From Campylobacterales bacterium (GTDB lineage Bacteria > Campylobacterota > Campylobacteria > Campylobacterales > QNZT01): a stretch of DNA of 52,491 nucleotides. The first letter of the stretch is position 1. Every line of letters starts with the position of its first letter. The position numbers and the translations under genes are program-made. The notes under the pieces were generated by a model. The model had not been told where the DNA came from. It worked only from the letters and a program-made list of their open reading frames with translations, and did no database searches. Below, one piece after another: positions 1-10,023 of the stretch. Location of the stretch: the NCBI GenBank assembly GCA_027084135.1, contig JALWLO010000143.1, positions 24,523 through 77,013 of the forward strand, written 5' to 3'.

Positions 1-428
1 ATATTTATATCAATTATTGTAAAATTATCCGGAGCATTTTTAAGATTTAAACCCATGGAAACGATTACGATTCGGTTGTTGATGAGAGATGTGATGAGTC
101 CGCCCGCTTTTTTATCTTTAATATAAAAGTCATTTGGCCACTTAAGCCAAACTTCACTTCCTCTCTCTTTTAGTACTAACTTCATCAGATAGGCAAAGTA
201 GATCGAAAGGGAACTAAGCGGGAGATCCTTAGGTAACTCCTCTCTATCAAGGGCAAACGATAAAAAGAGATTTCCACGCTCTCCTATCCATCTATCGCCT
301 CTCGATCCCACTCCTGCACTCTGATTTTCAGCGATAACAGCTATGGGTGCATCTAACTTACCCTCCCTAACGGCATCTATGAGATAGAGATGTGTAGAGT
401 CAATCGTATCAAATGAGAGTATCTCCAA
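1..428 (-). CDS. birA: biotin--[acetyl-CoA-carboxylase] ligase BirA, 3' end cut by window edge
   Basis: This gene is not in the ORF track because it has no stop inside the window. Hand translation of the minus strand from TTG at 428 gives [61 protein letters not shown]. These match the BirA GRGRxGRxW-type and KWPND motifs. The frame stays open to position 1. The start codon is uncertain. Confidence 0.75.
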   Translation of the reverse strand, partial: MEILSFDTIDSTHLYLIDAVREGKLDAPIAVIAENQSAGVGSRGDRWIGERGNLFLSFALDREELPKDLPLSSLSIYFAYLMKLVLKERGSEVWLKWPNDFYIKDKKAGGLITSLINNRIVIVSMGLNLKNAPDNFTIIDIN

Positions 429-1332
429 GCTCTAACCTCTTTCCTCTGATATAGGAGCGTGCATCGATCTCCTTTTTTGACGGAGCTTGGACTCTTTTTA
501 GCTTAATCGCACCTCTTTGGCAACCCACTACAACTCCCTCATCATCGATCTTCAACACTTTTCCCGCTATTTGTTTATCCTTGTCATCTATCAGTTCAAT
601 CTCTTTGAGCTTTAGTCCGCTCTCTAGCTGGACACCGGGCCAAAACTTAAAAGCCAAATATCTTCTATACAGCCTAACAGCATCACTCAAATCAACAAGC
701 GCATCACTCTTTTTGATCTTCTTACAGTAGCTGATCTCACCTCTCTGTTTTAACGGCTCTATCTTATCAAAATTTCTTAACACTTTTATCGTCAAATTTG
801 CAGCCAAGATAGAGAGTTCATCAAAGAGCGTGGGAGCATCCATACCGCCTATATCCACAACACTAAAAGCCAAGATATCTCCACTATCTAACCCCTCCTC
901 CATCAACATTGCCGTTACGCCTGAGTACCTATCACCGTTCAAGATCGCCTCTTGGATAGGACTGGCTCCTCTATATTTGGGCAAGAGAGAAGCGTGTAAA
1001 TTGATACAAGGTGCGATATTTAAAATCTCTTTCGGCAGTATCATTCCGTATGCAGCAACTACTATAAAATCGGGTTTGAATCCCTCAATAGTACGAAAGG
1101 CTTCATCACTCTTCAGCGTGGTCGGTTGATAGATAGGAATCGTACTAGCTTTTTCCAAAAGGTACGCTTTCGTATCGGGCGGAGTGAGTATCTGCTTTCT
1201 GCCGACAGGTTTATCGGGCTGGGTAATCAAAGCTACCAGATCAAAGTCGTCCCTCTCTATCAGAGCCTTTAAGATCGTTGTCGCATAAGATGGCGTTCCC
1301 ATGAAGAGAACCCGTTTTTTATCTTGGCTCAA
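409..1332 (-). CDS. fmt: methionyl-tRNA formyltransferase
   Basis: The 307 aa product has [10 protein letters not shown] at the N-terminus and the [18 protein letters not shown] formyltransferase core. An apparent TTG start overlaps the proB stop. Confidence 0.9.
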   Translation of the reverse strand: MSQDKKRVLFMGTPSYATTILKALIERDDFDLVALITQPDKPVGRKQILTPPDTKAYLLEKASTIPIYQPTTLKSDEAFRTIEGFKPDFIVVAAYGMILPKEILNIAPCINLHASLLPKYRGASPIQEAILNGDRYSGVTAMLMEEGLDSGDILAFSVVDIGGMDAPTLFDELSILAANLTIKVLRNFDKIEPLKQRGEISYCKKIKKSDALVDLSDAVRLYRRYLAFKFWPGVQLESGLKLKEIELIDDKDKQIAGKVLKIDDEGVVVGCQRGAIKLKRVQAPSKKEIDARSYIRGKRLELGDTLI

Positions 1333-2080
1333 AGAGTGTACCTCCTTTGTGCTTATCCTCCAACAAAAAGCTCTCTACATCACTAAGATCGAAACCGCTT
1401 GCCATGAACATAGGCTTTCCTCTCTCAAGGAGAAAGTTTGCCGCCTTTAGTTTGGTGACGATCCCACCCGTAGCAAACTCTCCGTTTGGCAAGCACTCCA
1501 ACTCCAACTTCTCTTTTTCTATATTATGCACCCTTTTCAAGATCTTCGCATCACTATGTACTCTCGGATCCTTGTCATAATAGCCGTCTATATCGGATAA
1601 GATGATCAACATATCGGCATCAAAATAGTAAGCGACATGGGCTGAAAGTTGATCATTGTCGCCAAAGATTAGCTCTTCGGTTGTCGTAACATCATTTTCG
1701 TTGATGATAGGCAAGACTTTATGTTTAAGAAGCGTCTCTACCGCATCTCTCGCATGCTCAGTCCTTCTTCGTGAGTCAAAGTCATCCGCACCCAAGAGCA
1801 GTTGAGATACGACGATCTCATAACGGTCGAAACAGGCTTGGTAGACAGATATGAGATAGGGTTGTCCTACGGCGGCTAGAGCCTGTTTATTGGCAAGTAA
1901 CCTCCTATCAAGCGGCAGCTTTGTCCATCCGGCGGCAACCGCACCGGAAGAGACAAGAAGCAGTTCATATCGATCCATCGCTTTTGCAATCAGTGAACAG
2001 AGATTTTTGATCCTATCATAGGCAAGACTTCCATCTTGAGTCAAAACATGTGAACCCACTTTGATGACAACTCTCTTCAA
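1319..2080 (-). CDS. proB: glutamate 5-kinase (short form without PUA domain)
   Basis: The 253 aa product starts [14 protein letters not shown] and carries [15 protein letters not shown]. The TTG start overlaps the obg TGA as TTGA, which suggests translational coupling. Confidence 0.9.
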   Translation of the reverse strand: MKRVVIKVGSHVLTQDGSLAYDRIKNLCSLIAKAMDRYELLLVSSGAVAAGWTKLPLDRRLLANKQALAAVGQPYLISVYQACFDRYEIVVSQLLLGADDFDSRRRTEHARDAVETLLKHKVLPIINENDVTTTEELIFGDNDQLSAHVAYYFDADMLIILSDIDGYYDKDPRVHSDAKILKRVHNIEKEKLELECLPNGEFATGGIVTKLKAANFLLERGKPMFMASGFDLSDVESFLLEDKHKGGTLFEPR

Positions 2081-3177
2081 CGCTCATCCTTTTTTATTCT
2101 ATCGACAACACTATTTAAAGCATATTTGATCGCCTCTAAATTTATCTTGCTTACAGAGGATAGCGGTGCGATAAAAAAGGGCTTTTCTCTCTCATACGCA
2201 TCGATATCTTGTAAAAAGTAGCCATACGCTTCATCAAACTTATAGAGATTTTCTCCAACGCCCTCTTTCGTACTAAAGCTTGAGATAAATGCCTCTATCT
2301 CCTCTCTCTTTTGCTCTAAGTCCACCGCATCTGCTCTTGTTAAAGCGATCGCAAAGGGTCTCTCTTTTAGCGTATCGGAGAAGTTGGCTAACTCCTGCTT
2401 TAATGTCTCATACTGCGTTTGGATCTCTCTATAGTTTGCCAAATCCACCATAAAGAGCAAAAACTTTGTCCTCTCAATGTGCTTTAAAAACTCCAATCCA
2501 AGCCCTCTGCCGTCACTTGCTCCCTCTATAATACCCGGAATGTCCGCCATCACAAAAGAGCTAAACTCATCTACCTGGACTACCCCAAGCTTTGGAGTCA
2601 ATGTCGTAAACTCATAGTCGGCAATCTCCGGTTTTGCATTTGAAATAGTTGAGATCAGGGTTGATTTACCGACATTTGGGAAACCTACAAGTCCCACATC
2701 GGCGATAAGTTTGAGTTCTAGCCTTACCTTTTTAGTCTCACCCGGAAGTCCCGGTTGGGCGTAAGTCGGTCTTTGGTTCGTTGCACTTCTAAAGTGCCAA
2801 TTCCCAAGACCCCCTTTTCCACCCTTTAAAAATAGGACTTTTTCTCCATCTTCAACCAGATCAAAAAGGAGTTCCCCACTCTCCTCATCAAAGACTTGAG
2901 TGCCCGGTGGAACGACAATCGTAGCGCTTTCACCCTTTTTGCCATGCCTTTTTCTCCCCTCTCCGGGTCTACCGTTTTTTGCTTTGATGTGGTGTCTTCC
3001 TCTAAAAGCGGAGAGTGTATGTGAGTTTTTATCTACCAAAAAGTAGACATCACCTCCGTTTCCACCGTCCCCGCCGTCAGGTCCCCCCTTGACAACAAAC
3101 TTCTCTCGCCTAAAAGAGACCGCTCCGGCTCCACCTTTTCCGGAACTTACCTCGATAACGGCACTATCTATAAACAT
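2077..3177 (-). CDS. obgE: GTPase Obg/CgtA
   Basis: The 366 aa product has the glycine-rich Obg fold ([26 protein letters not shown]). It also has the G1 motif GFPNVGKST and the G3 motif DIPGIIEGA. Confidence 0.95.
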   Translation of the reverse strand: MFIDSAVIEVSSGKGGAGAVSFRREKFVVKGGPDGGDGGNGGDVYFLVDKNSHTLSAFRGRHHIKAKNGRPGEGRKRHGKKGESATIVVPPGTQVFDEESGELLFDLVEDGEKVLFLKGGKGGLGNWHFRSATNQRPTYAQPGLPGETKKVRLELKLIADVGLVGFPNVGKSTLISTISNAKPEIADYEFTTLTPKLGVVQVDEFSSFVMADIPGIIEGASDGRGLGLEFLKHIERTKFLLFMVDLANYREIQTQYETLKQELANFSDTLKERPFAIALTRADAVDLEQKREEIEAFISSFSTKEGVGENLYKFDEAYGYFLQDIDAYEREKPFFIAPLSSVSKINLEAIKYALNSVVDRIKKDER

Positions 3178-3179
3178 AA

Positions 3180-3189
3180 TTAGTACTAA
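3180..3189. repeat. TTAGTACTAA palindrome between the obg RBS and start codon
   Basis: The minus strand reads AAGAGG TTAGTACTAA TT ATG. This exact 10-mer marks the left edge of the polysaccharide island. Confidence 0.9.
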
Positions 3190-3248
3190 CCTCTTTTTTG
3201 GGTGATTTTAACTAAGAAACTATAAAGGGATGCTTGTTGTTTGGAACT

Positions 3249-3269
3249 TAAAAAGGGTTTTTCAACCCT
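3249..3269 (-). terminator. rho-independent terminator after the asnB-like gene
   Basis: On the minus strand, an AGGGTT-GAAA-AACCCT hairpin is followed by TTTTT. It lies directly downstream of the stop at 3275. Confidence 0.65.
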
Positions 3270-3274
3270 ATCTC

Positions 3275-5167
3275 TTATGGGTGTCTAATATTTTTAGAGG
3301 TGCCCATATACTTATCATACCACATCTGATAGACTAGTATGAGCCAGAGTTTATCAATATTTACATGCTCTCCACTCTCTAACCTCCGCATATCATCAGC
3401 TATCGCTTCATAATGAAATACGCCGCTTTGCTCGATCTTCTCTTTTGATAGATATTTTAGCAGTAGCGCTTTTAAGTCTTGACTGAACCACTCAAACATC
3501 GGTATCGCAAAGCCCATCTTCGGTCTCTCAATCAACTCTTTAGGCACATACCTATAAAGCACCTTTCTAAGAAGATATTTACTTGTGCCATCTTTATACT
3601 TTAACTCAAACGGTACCCTTGCCATAAATTCCGCTATCCTATGATCAAGCAGCGGTTCTCTTCCCTCGATAGAGTTATACATCGTCGCTCTATCCACTTT
3701 GACTAAAATATCATCCACCATATATCTATGATAATCCCAAGTCATCATACCCTGTATAGGGTGAATATTCTCTCCTACCTTAAATGTAGGCTCATTGAGT
3801 ACGATAGGTCCCCCATCCATTAGTTTGATGATTTCAAAGTCTTTCGTACTTCTAATCATCACCTCATAGAGTTCACGCCAATCTTTTGCTCTCATGACCG
3901 ATAGAGCTTGGTAAAATTTATTCTCAAAATCTTTAAGTTTAAAAAACGGTTTAAACGGTTTTGGACCTATGATATTGAGCGTTTTTGCCAAAGTCTCTCT
4001 GAGGAAAAGCGGTATCTTAAATAGCTTTTCACCCTTATCATAGGTAAACCAATATCTTTTATAACCGCAAAAAATCTCATCTCCGCCATCTGCGGAGAGT
4101 ACCACTTTCATACCGTTATCTTTTGCTACTTGACAGACTAAAGTGGTCGGTATTCCACTCGCATCACCAAAAGGTTCATCATTGATATCTACAAACTTTT
4201 TGAGTATATCTGCCGCCTCATCCGCAGAGATATATTTCTCTGTATGGGTAGTTCCGATGTGTTCGGCGATCGCTTTTGCATAGGGTGCCTCATCATATCC
4301 AGCCTCTTTAAAACCGATGGTAAAGGTGTGAATATTTCCGTAATGCTTTTGCAAAATAGCTGCTACCAGTGAACTATCCACTCCTCCACTCAAAAAGACT
4401 CCTACCGGTACATCGGAGACCATTCGATACTTGAAACTGTCGATCAAAAGCGCTTCAAGCTCATCTACGAGTTCCTCTTCGCTTTTATCAAATTTCGGCA
4501 TCTCTAAAAAGGGGATAATAGACCAGTAGCTCTCCTCCTTCAACTCCTTGGTATCCACTTTATAGGTCAAGTAGGAACCGGGGGTTACTCGTTTGCATCC
4601 TTTATAAATAGCTTTCCCTGAAGATATATACTCATACTGCATATACTCTTTTAGAGCTTCTCGATCGATATCCAAATCGCTCTTGATCGCCTTTATAGCT
4701 CTTATTTCACTTGCAAAGATGAGCTCATCGCCGTCAAAATAGTAATAAAGAGGCTTAACCCCTACTCTATCTCTAAAGAGATATAATACCCTTTGATCTT
4801 TATCATAAATTGCAAAAGCAAACATTCCGATAAATCTATCTACCGCTTTGATGCCCCACTTATGAAATGATTTGAGAACGACTTCACTGTCGCTATTAGA
4901 AACAAAGCTATAGCCATCGGCTTCAAGCTCTCTTCTGATCTCCATAAAGTTATAGACTTCACCGTTAAAAACCATCTCAAGATGTTCATAACTCATAGGT
5001 TGATGACCGTGAGAACTAAGATCCAGTATCGATAGTCTTGCATGACCTAAGGATATATCGCTATCTTCATAGGTACCGCTATCATCCGGACCTCTATGCT
5101 GTATGCTCTGTAGCATACTCTCAAGCTTCGTACTATCTTGATAGTTAAATCCTACGATTCCACACAT
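3275..5167 (-). CDS. asparagine synthase (glutamine-hydrolysing) family amidotransferase, polysaccharide-cluster type
   Basis: The 630 aa product has the MCGIVGF Ntn amidotransferase N-terminus and the SGGVDSS PP-loop. It sits inside a glycan gene cluster. Confidence 0.85.
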   Translation of the reverse strand: MCGIVGFNYQDSTKLESMLQSIQHRGPDDSGTYEDSDISLGHARLSILDLSSHGHQPMSYEHLEMVFNGEVYNFMEIRRELEADGYSFVSNSDSEVVLKSFHKWGIKAVDRFIGMFAFAIYDKDQRVLYLFRDRVGVKPLYYYFDGDELIFASEIRAIKAIKSDLDIDREALKEYMQYEYISSGKAIYKGCKRVTPGSYLTYKVDTKELKEESYWSIIPFLEMPKFDKSEEELVDELEALLIDSFKYRMVSDVPVGVFLSGGVDSSLVAAILQKHYGNIHTFTIGFKEAGYDEAPYAKAIAEHIGTTHTEKYISADEAADILKKFVDINDEPFGDASGIPTTLVCQVAKDNGMKVVLSADGGDEIFCGYKRYWFTYDKGEKLFKIPLFLRETLAKTLNIIGPKPFKPFFKLKDFENKFYQALSVMRAKDWRELYEVMIRSTKDFEIIKLMDGGPIVLNEPTFKVGENIHPIQGMMTWDYHRYMVDDILVKVDRATMYNSIEGREPLLDHRIAEFMARVPFELKYKDGTSKYLLRKVLYRYVPKELIERPKMGFAIPMFEWFSQDLKALLLKYLSKEKIEQSGVFHYEAIADDMRRLESGEHVNIDKLWLILVYQMWYDKYMGTSKNIRHP

Positions 5168-6282
5168 TCAATCAACCTTTTTTCCGTATTTTTCACCATA
5201 CTCATCGTGGAGAAGTTTTGTACCATATACTCTCTAGCACCATCTCCGAGCTCTTTGATATCTCGCTTTAGCATCTCTTTTATACCGTTATAGAGTGCAT
5301 CAACACTATCTTTCTCGACCACAACACCGTAATCACCTACAACTATCTCCGAGTCGCCTACTTTTGTCGCTACGGCAGGCGTCGCGCAGCACATCGCTTC
5401 CGCTATCGAGTTACTAAATCCCTCACCAAATATAGAGGAGGATACATAGATATCTATACCGTTATAAAAGTCTCTCTCCACACTCTTTTGCACGCCGAAC
5501 CAAGTGACTCTATCCTCAAACCCTTTCAGTGATGCTTTGCACTCCTCGAGGATACTCTCTTCTCCGCCGCCGACAGCAAATAGCTTTATCCTCTCATCTT
5601 CAGCCATAAGCTTTGCGACAGCTTTTGCTAAGATGGGATACCCCTTCATATAGTTTACTCTAGCAACGATTCCTAAAGCGATATCATCATCTTTAAGAGA
5701 GTGTTTTTTTCGAAACGCTTCTCTTGCACTGCTATCGGGTTTAAATCTCTCTATATTGATTCCGTTATGTACAACGAGGGCTTTTGATACATCATAACCC
5801 TTATCTTTGTGAAACGCTATAGATGCATGGGAGTTGGCGATGATCCTATCGACATAGGGTGAAGACTTCTTTTGTAGCCAAAAAAGAAGTTGAGGAAATT
5901 TACCGTACTTTTTCAGATCCATATCACTCGCTCTAAATCCCCAAACAACTTTATGTTTTTTTTGCGTAAACCTTCTAGCCCATAAAGAGAAGAGATTCAT
6001 CTCTTGTAAAAAGGAGTAGATGATATCTACCCCCTCTTCATCAAGCGAAGCAATATATTTTTTCATAAATGAGAGATTGTCATATCTACTCTCTTTCCCA
6101 AGGTGGATAAACTTTACATCCTCAAGCTCTTTTGCGACACTATCTTGCGGTCCCTCATACATCGTGTAGATAATCACATCAAATTTTGATTTGTCAATAT
6201 TTCTTGCTAAGTCTAGAAATTGTCTCTCAGCACCCCCGATATTGAGTGCACGGATAGAGAGTGCTAACTTAATTTTATTCAA
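5152..6282 (-). CDS. glycosyltransferase family 4 (GT-B, group 1)
   Basis: The 376 aa product has a C-terminal EGFSNSIAEAM Ex7E motif. It overlaps the downstream asnB-like gene. Confidence 0.8.
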   Translation of the reverse strand: MNKIKLALSIRALNIGGAERQFLDLARNIDKSKFDVIIYTMYEGPQDSVAKELEDVKFIHLGKESRYDNLSFMKKYIASLDEEGVDIIYSFLQEMNLFSLWARRFTQKKHKVVWGFRASDMDLKKYGKFPQLLFWLQKKSSPYVDRIIANSHASIAFHKDKGYDVSKALVVHNGINIERFKPDSSAREAFRKKHSLKDDDIALGIVARVNYMKGYPILAKAVAKLMAEDERIKLFAVGGGEESILEECKASLKGFEDRVTWFGVQKSVERDFYNGIDIYVSSSIFGEGFSNSIAEAMCCATPAVATKVGDSEIVVGDYGVVVEKDSVDALYNGIKEMLKRDIKELGDGAREYMVQNFSTMSMVKNTEKRLIECVES

Positions 6283-6304
6283 GCCTAACTCCTTTGATTA
6301 TACC

Positions 6305-7501
6305 CTATATCGGCACTTTTGAAAAATTTTTCTCTCTTTGCATATAAAAGTAATAGATGGCATGAGAGACAAGCGATAAGGTAAACCAAAAATCTTTATG
6401 GTGAAGTGACGGTATGGTCAATCCCATGAGAATAACCGAGAGTGAGGCGATATATATCCAGATATAGTCTGATGAAAAAATCTCCCTTAAATAGGAGCTA
6501 AAAAGTGAAATGATAAAGGCAACGAAGGTGACAAAGCTAAATACTCCGCTCTCAGCGAAGATCTTGATAAAATCATTGTGAGATGGAAGCGCTTCGGGTG
6601 GAAGATAGTTTTTGATATATCCGCCTGAAACTTTTGGAAATTGAGCAAATCCGACTCCTAAAAAAAAGTTGTCTCGTATCATCTCACCACCCGCTCTCCA
6701 GATGATAAATCTCTGCTGCATCGTTCCGGTACTCTTTGCCCTCTCTTGTAAACCTTTGATAGCGGTATCTTGTTGCATATAGATAGCGGTACCTCCCATA
6801 ACGGCTACCAAAGAGAGGATGATAAGAACCCCCCTCAAATTAGCAAAATATGAGATAACGGTTTTAAATTTAGCCACAAAGAGTATCAAAAGTATGATAG
6901 CTAGTACTAAGAATGAAGATTTACTTCCCGCATATATCATGGTATAGAGGAAAAAGAGAATAGAGCCAAAAAGGAAGATCTTGCTGTGGTTCTTTTTAAA
7001 GAGATAAACGGTGATGAAAATAGCCGGCAATAACTGCGCCGCAAAGTCATTTGGATTTCCTGTACCACCAACCCTCCTAAATGTCCACTGCTCATAAGGT
7101 TGACTAAAGAAAGCGATCACTGAAGAGACGATCATGGATATCCATATCATATATAAAAGCTTTTCAAACTCTTTGGTATAGGTCACATAGATAAATATCA
7201 CTAAAAAGGAAAGCAGTCGCATAAATGCCACAACAGGCATATCCGTGATATAGATGAGATCTGATTTTGCAAAATAGGTAATGATAGTTACGATGGAGGT
7301 AACAGCGATAAAAGTCAAAAATATCTTGACCGTAAGCGTCTTTTTCTCCAAGAACATCTGATACAACTCATCGATATGTGTGATCAGAAAGAGACCGAAA
7401 GCGATTTTGATGATGGCGTTGCTTATATATTCGGTTGCAACCATATCGTTAAATGAAACAAAAATAAATATAAATAGTACAATATCTTTTATCCACTTCA
7501 T
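6305..7501 (-). CDS. O-antigen ligase/polymerase family (Wzy_C-like) membrane protein
   Basis: The 398 aa product is polytopic. It has the periplasmic-loop motif PSHNDFIKIFAESGVFSF, typical of the Wzy_C/O-antigen ligase family. Confidence 0.65.
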   Translation of the reverse strand: MKWIKDIVLFIFIFVSFNDMVATEYISNAIIKIAFGLFLITHIDELYQMFLEKKTLTVKIFLTFIAVTSIVTIITYFAKSDLIYITDMPVVAFMRLLSFLVIFIYVTYTKEFEKLLYMIWISMIVSSVIAFFSQPYEQWTFRRVGGTGNPNDFAAQLLPAIFITVYLFKKNHSKIFLFGSILFFLYTMIYAGSKSSFLVLAIILLILFVAKFKTVISYFANLRGVLIILSLVAVMGGTAIYMQQDTAIKGLQERAKSTGTMQQRFIIWRAGGEMIRDNFFLGVGFAQFPKVSGGYIKNYLPPEALPSHNDFIKIFAESGVFSFVTFVAFIISLFSSYLREIFSSDYIWIYIASLSVILMGLTIPSLHHKDFWFTLSLVSHAIYYFYMQREKNFSKVPI

Positions 7502-8184
7502 CTATCTCTCCATTTAGACTCTATTAGTGCGTTTAACTCCTCTTTAGATAGAGAGAGATTATCTCTATCCATTCCAAGCTTTGCCGCCTCATACGCTAAA
7601 AGTATCACCTTTTTAACATCAAAGTCCGCTATCTTTTTAGCGGGCATCCCAGCAATCGCTATCCCACTCTCACTGATCGATTTGTTTACGACACTATTTG
7701 CTCCGATGATAATATTATCTCCCAGTGTGATATCTCCAAAGACTTTAGCACCCGGTCCTATGTAGCAATTATCTCCGATATTTGGGGCACCCTCCTCTCC
7801 TGCACTGGCACCGATAACGGTACCTACATGAAGGCGACAATTTGTCCCTATTTTTGCGTTGTGATTTACAACTATTGTTCCATGATGTGGGATAGAGAGT
7901 CCGGGTCCGCAAGTGTTCAAAGGTATATCAAAACCTAACAACAGCGATAGTTTTCTAAATCGCATCATAATGAGTGCGAAGATGACCTTAGAAAAAGGAG
8001 AGCTTTTGCAGTTTTTATAGTACTCCGCCATTCTCATACACTTCAAAAAACTCCAAACATAGTGTGGGAAAATGAGCCTTTTTATTCTAGATTTTAGTGT
8101 TGGATTCGCGATTCCCAATGCAAATCGATCAGCCGCTAAGAAGAGTCGATAATCCTCTTTACTTGTAATTTTTCTATATGCCAT
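7498..8184 (-). CDS. hexapeptide-repeat (LbH) O-acetyltransferase
   Basis: The 228 aa product contains consecutive left-handed beta-helix hexapeptide repeats (IGTNCRLHVGTVIGA..IGDNCYIGPGAKVFGDITLGDNIIIGANSVV). Confidence 0.8.
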   Translation of the reverse strand: MAYRKITSKEDYRLFLAADRFALGIANPTLKSRIKRLIFPHYVWSFLKCMRMAEYYKNCKSSPFSKVIFALIMMRFRKLSLLLGFDIPLNTCGPGLSIPHHGTIVVNHNAKIGTNCRLHVGTVIGASAGEEGAPNIGDNCYIGPGAKVFGDITLGDNIIIGANSVVNKSISESGIAIAGMPAKKIADFDVKKVILLAYEAAKLGMDRDNLSLSKEELNALIESKWRDR

Positions 8185-8192
8185 ACATCAAC

Positions 8193-9461
8193 CTATCTTT
8201 TATCTTTGTTTATTCTATCTAAAACTATTTTAGCAAAATATAGCTCCACTCCAACGAGACTTAGATTGAGCAAACTCCACCCGGTGAGTGGATATTTGGG
8301 TAAAAAGAGATGGACACTCAATACGACTAAAATCAGCCTTAAGATATTTAGTCTCAACTCAAGGTTATTGAAGTTAAATGTCTTGGATAAGACGGAAAAG
8401 AGTCCCAAATAGGCACTCAGAAGCAGTGTTTCCACCATAATCGCCGTAAAGAGTGCGGCTCTTGAACTCATATAGCTTGGTTTGATCAACTCCACAAATA
8501 GACCAACCGCTGCAGAGAAGATCAGTGAAAAAATGATAAATTTAAAAGCGTAACTTTTTACCTTGGCTATATACTCTTTTATCGCTTCAACATTTGATAT
8601 ATTAAATTTCGAGATGATATAGGATCTAATGGAGACAGAGAAAATGACTACGATACCGCCGAGACTCATAGCATATCCAAGCTCAGCCACGAGTTTGGTG
8701 GCATTCTCTTTTGTGAGATAGATTAGTGCATATCTTGTCGCATAGACATAGAGAATCGATATAAAATAGGTGGTAATCGCAAAGATCACGATGCTCTTTA
8801 ATCTTTTGAAAAATATATCTCTATGGATAGGATTGCCGATAAACTTTAAAGACTCTTTAAAACTCAAAAGATCATATTTTAAGTTGTAAAAAATCACCAG
8901 CACAAAGGGCAAGATAAAGAGCAACAGATAGATTTCATCTACACTATAGCTTTTATTTGAGAGCAATATTTGAGCTACGGTCGCTACTCTTACACCTGTC
9001 AGAATCAGTGCATTGTTGAATATCGTCTTGATCTCTTTATTTGCAAGGAAAATGTTTTTAAAGTAGACCCAACTAAGCACTGCAAAAGTACTAAGATAGA
9101 CAATAGATTGCGAAACATCTACATTTTGCAAACCAAAAAACTTATCTAAATAGTCCCCTAAAAAGCTTTCGGCTATCACAAACATCAATAAAAATATAAA
9201 TAGCTGTATATAGGCATTGACATATTTGGTCGTTTTATAGAGTTGATTGAACCTTAAAAAACTTGTGACAACCCCAAACTCAAAGATAAAGGAGAGCATC
9301 ATCACAGTATTTAGCGTGGCAGAGAAATCCGCCATCGATTTGACATTTAGCTTATAGGGTATCAAAAATGTAACGACATAGGTTGAAAAACTATAGATCA
9401 AACTTGATAGCGTATAGAGTGTTGCATCGTTTGAGAGTTTGGAAATAATCTTTTTCAACAC
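8193..9461 (-). CDS. polysaccharide flippase-like (Wzx/MOP-type) membrane protein
   Basis: The 422 aa product is very hydrophobic, with about 12 predicted helices. It is the first gene of the glycan cluster. It is very AT-rich and has a GTG or TTG start. The call rests on topology and context only. Confidence 0.5.
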   Translation of the reverse strand: MLKKIISKLSNDATLYTLSSLIYSFSTYVVTFLIPYKLNVKSMADFSATLNTVMMLSFIFEFGVVTSFLRFNQLYKTTKYVNAYIQLFIFLLMFVIAESFLGDYLDKFFGLQNVDVSQSIVYLSTFAVLSWVYFKNIFLANKEIKTIFNNALILTGVRVATVAQILLSNKSYSVDEIYLLLFILPFVLVIFYNLKYDLLSFKESLKFIGNPIHRDIFFKRLKSIVIFAITTYFISILYVYATRYALIYLTKENATKLVAELGYAMSLGGIVVIFSVSIRSYIISKFNISNVEAIKEYIAKVKSYAFKFIIFSLIFSAAVGLFVELIKPSYMSSRAALFTAIMVETLLLSAYLGLFSVLSKTFNFNNLELRLNILRLILVVLSVHLFLPKYPLTGWSLLNLSLVGVELYFAKIVLDRINKDKR

Positions 9462-9564
9462 ATTTATGCCTTAGATCTTGTTTATGTAATAGTAGTCTTA
9501 AATCGGTAAATGTGAGATTATTTTTAGCTAAATGGTGAAGTAAGGCGGGCAAAAGCCCATAGAC

Positions 9565-9574
9565 TTAGTACTAA
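9565..9574. repeat. TTAGTACTAA palindrome providing the rplU stop codon
   Basis: This exact 10-mer supplies the rplU TAG on the minus strand (9571-9573). It marks the right edge of the polysaccharide island. Confidence 0.9.
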
Positions 9575-9879
9575 GCCTTTATAGAGAGAACTTTTACTCT
9601 GGTGTGTTGTCTTCTAAACCCTTTTTTCAGCTTAGAATCTTTTCTTCTTCTCTTTTTAAATATCAAAACTTTTTTATCTTTTCCGTGAGTTACGACCTCT
9701 AACTCAACGACAGCACCTTCAATATATGGAGTCCCTATCTTTAAATCTCCATTATTTACGACTAAAACCTCTTTAACTTCTATCTTCTCTTTCGGCGAAG
9801 CGTCAAGCTTGTCAACATTGAGATAGTCTCCCTCTTGAACTTTATATTGCTTCCCACCGATCTTTATTATGGCATACAT
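9571..9879 (-). CDS. rplU: 50S ribosomal protein L21
   Basis: The 102 aa product starts [18 protein letters not shown] and contains RRQHTRVKV, the canonical L21 sequence. Confidence 0.95.
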   Translation of the reverse strand: MYAIIKIGGKQYKVQEGDYLNVDKLDASPKEKIEVKEVLVVNNGDLKIGTPYIEGAVVELEVVTHGKDKKVLIFKKRRRKDSKLKKGFRRQHTRVKVLSIKA

Positions 9880-9948
9880 TGCTCACTATCCTTCATCGAT
9901 TTTTAATATGGTTGTGGATTTTACCTCTTTTATCTTTAAGTATCAATT

Positions 9949-9975
9949 AAAATATAGAAAAATTTTCTATATTTT
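9949..9975. repeat. 27-bp perfect AT-rich palindrome
   Basis: The sequence is AAAATATAGAAAA-A-TTTTCTATATTTT, with 13-bp arms. It lies between ridA and rplU. A 12-bp palindrome GCGTTATAACGC lies next to it at 9983-9994. Confidence 0.8.
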
Positions 9976-10013
9976 CGATATAGCGTTATAACGCCGCTTG
10001 GTTGATATGTTAG

Positions 10014-10023
10014 CTAGTACTAA
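10014..10023. repeat. CTAGTACTAA variant of the palindrome, abutting the ridA stop
   Basis: The core TAGTACTA lies directly 3' of the ridA TAG (10024-10026 on the minus strand). Confidence 0.85.

Noticed and set aside
9462-9570. Possible rpmA (L27) remnant in the gaps flanking the polysaccharide island (9462-9570 and 3178-3274).
   Set aside because: The gaps are 109 and 97 bp, against about 255 bp needed for L27. Neither strand gives an L27-like MAHKKG..GRD peptide in any frame I read.
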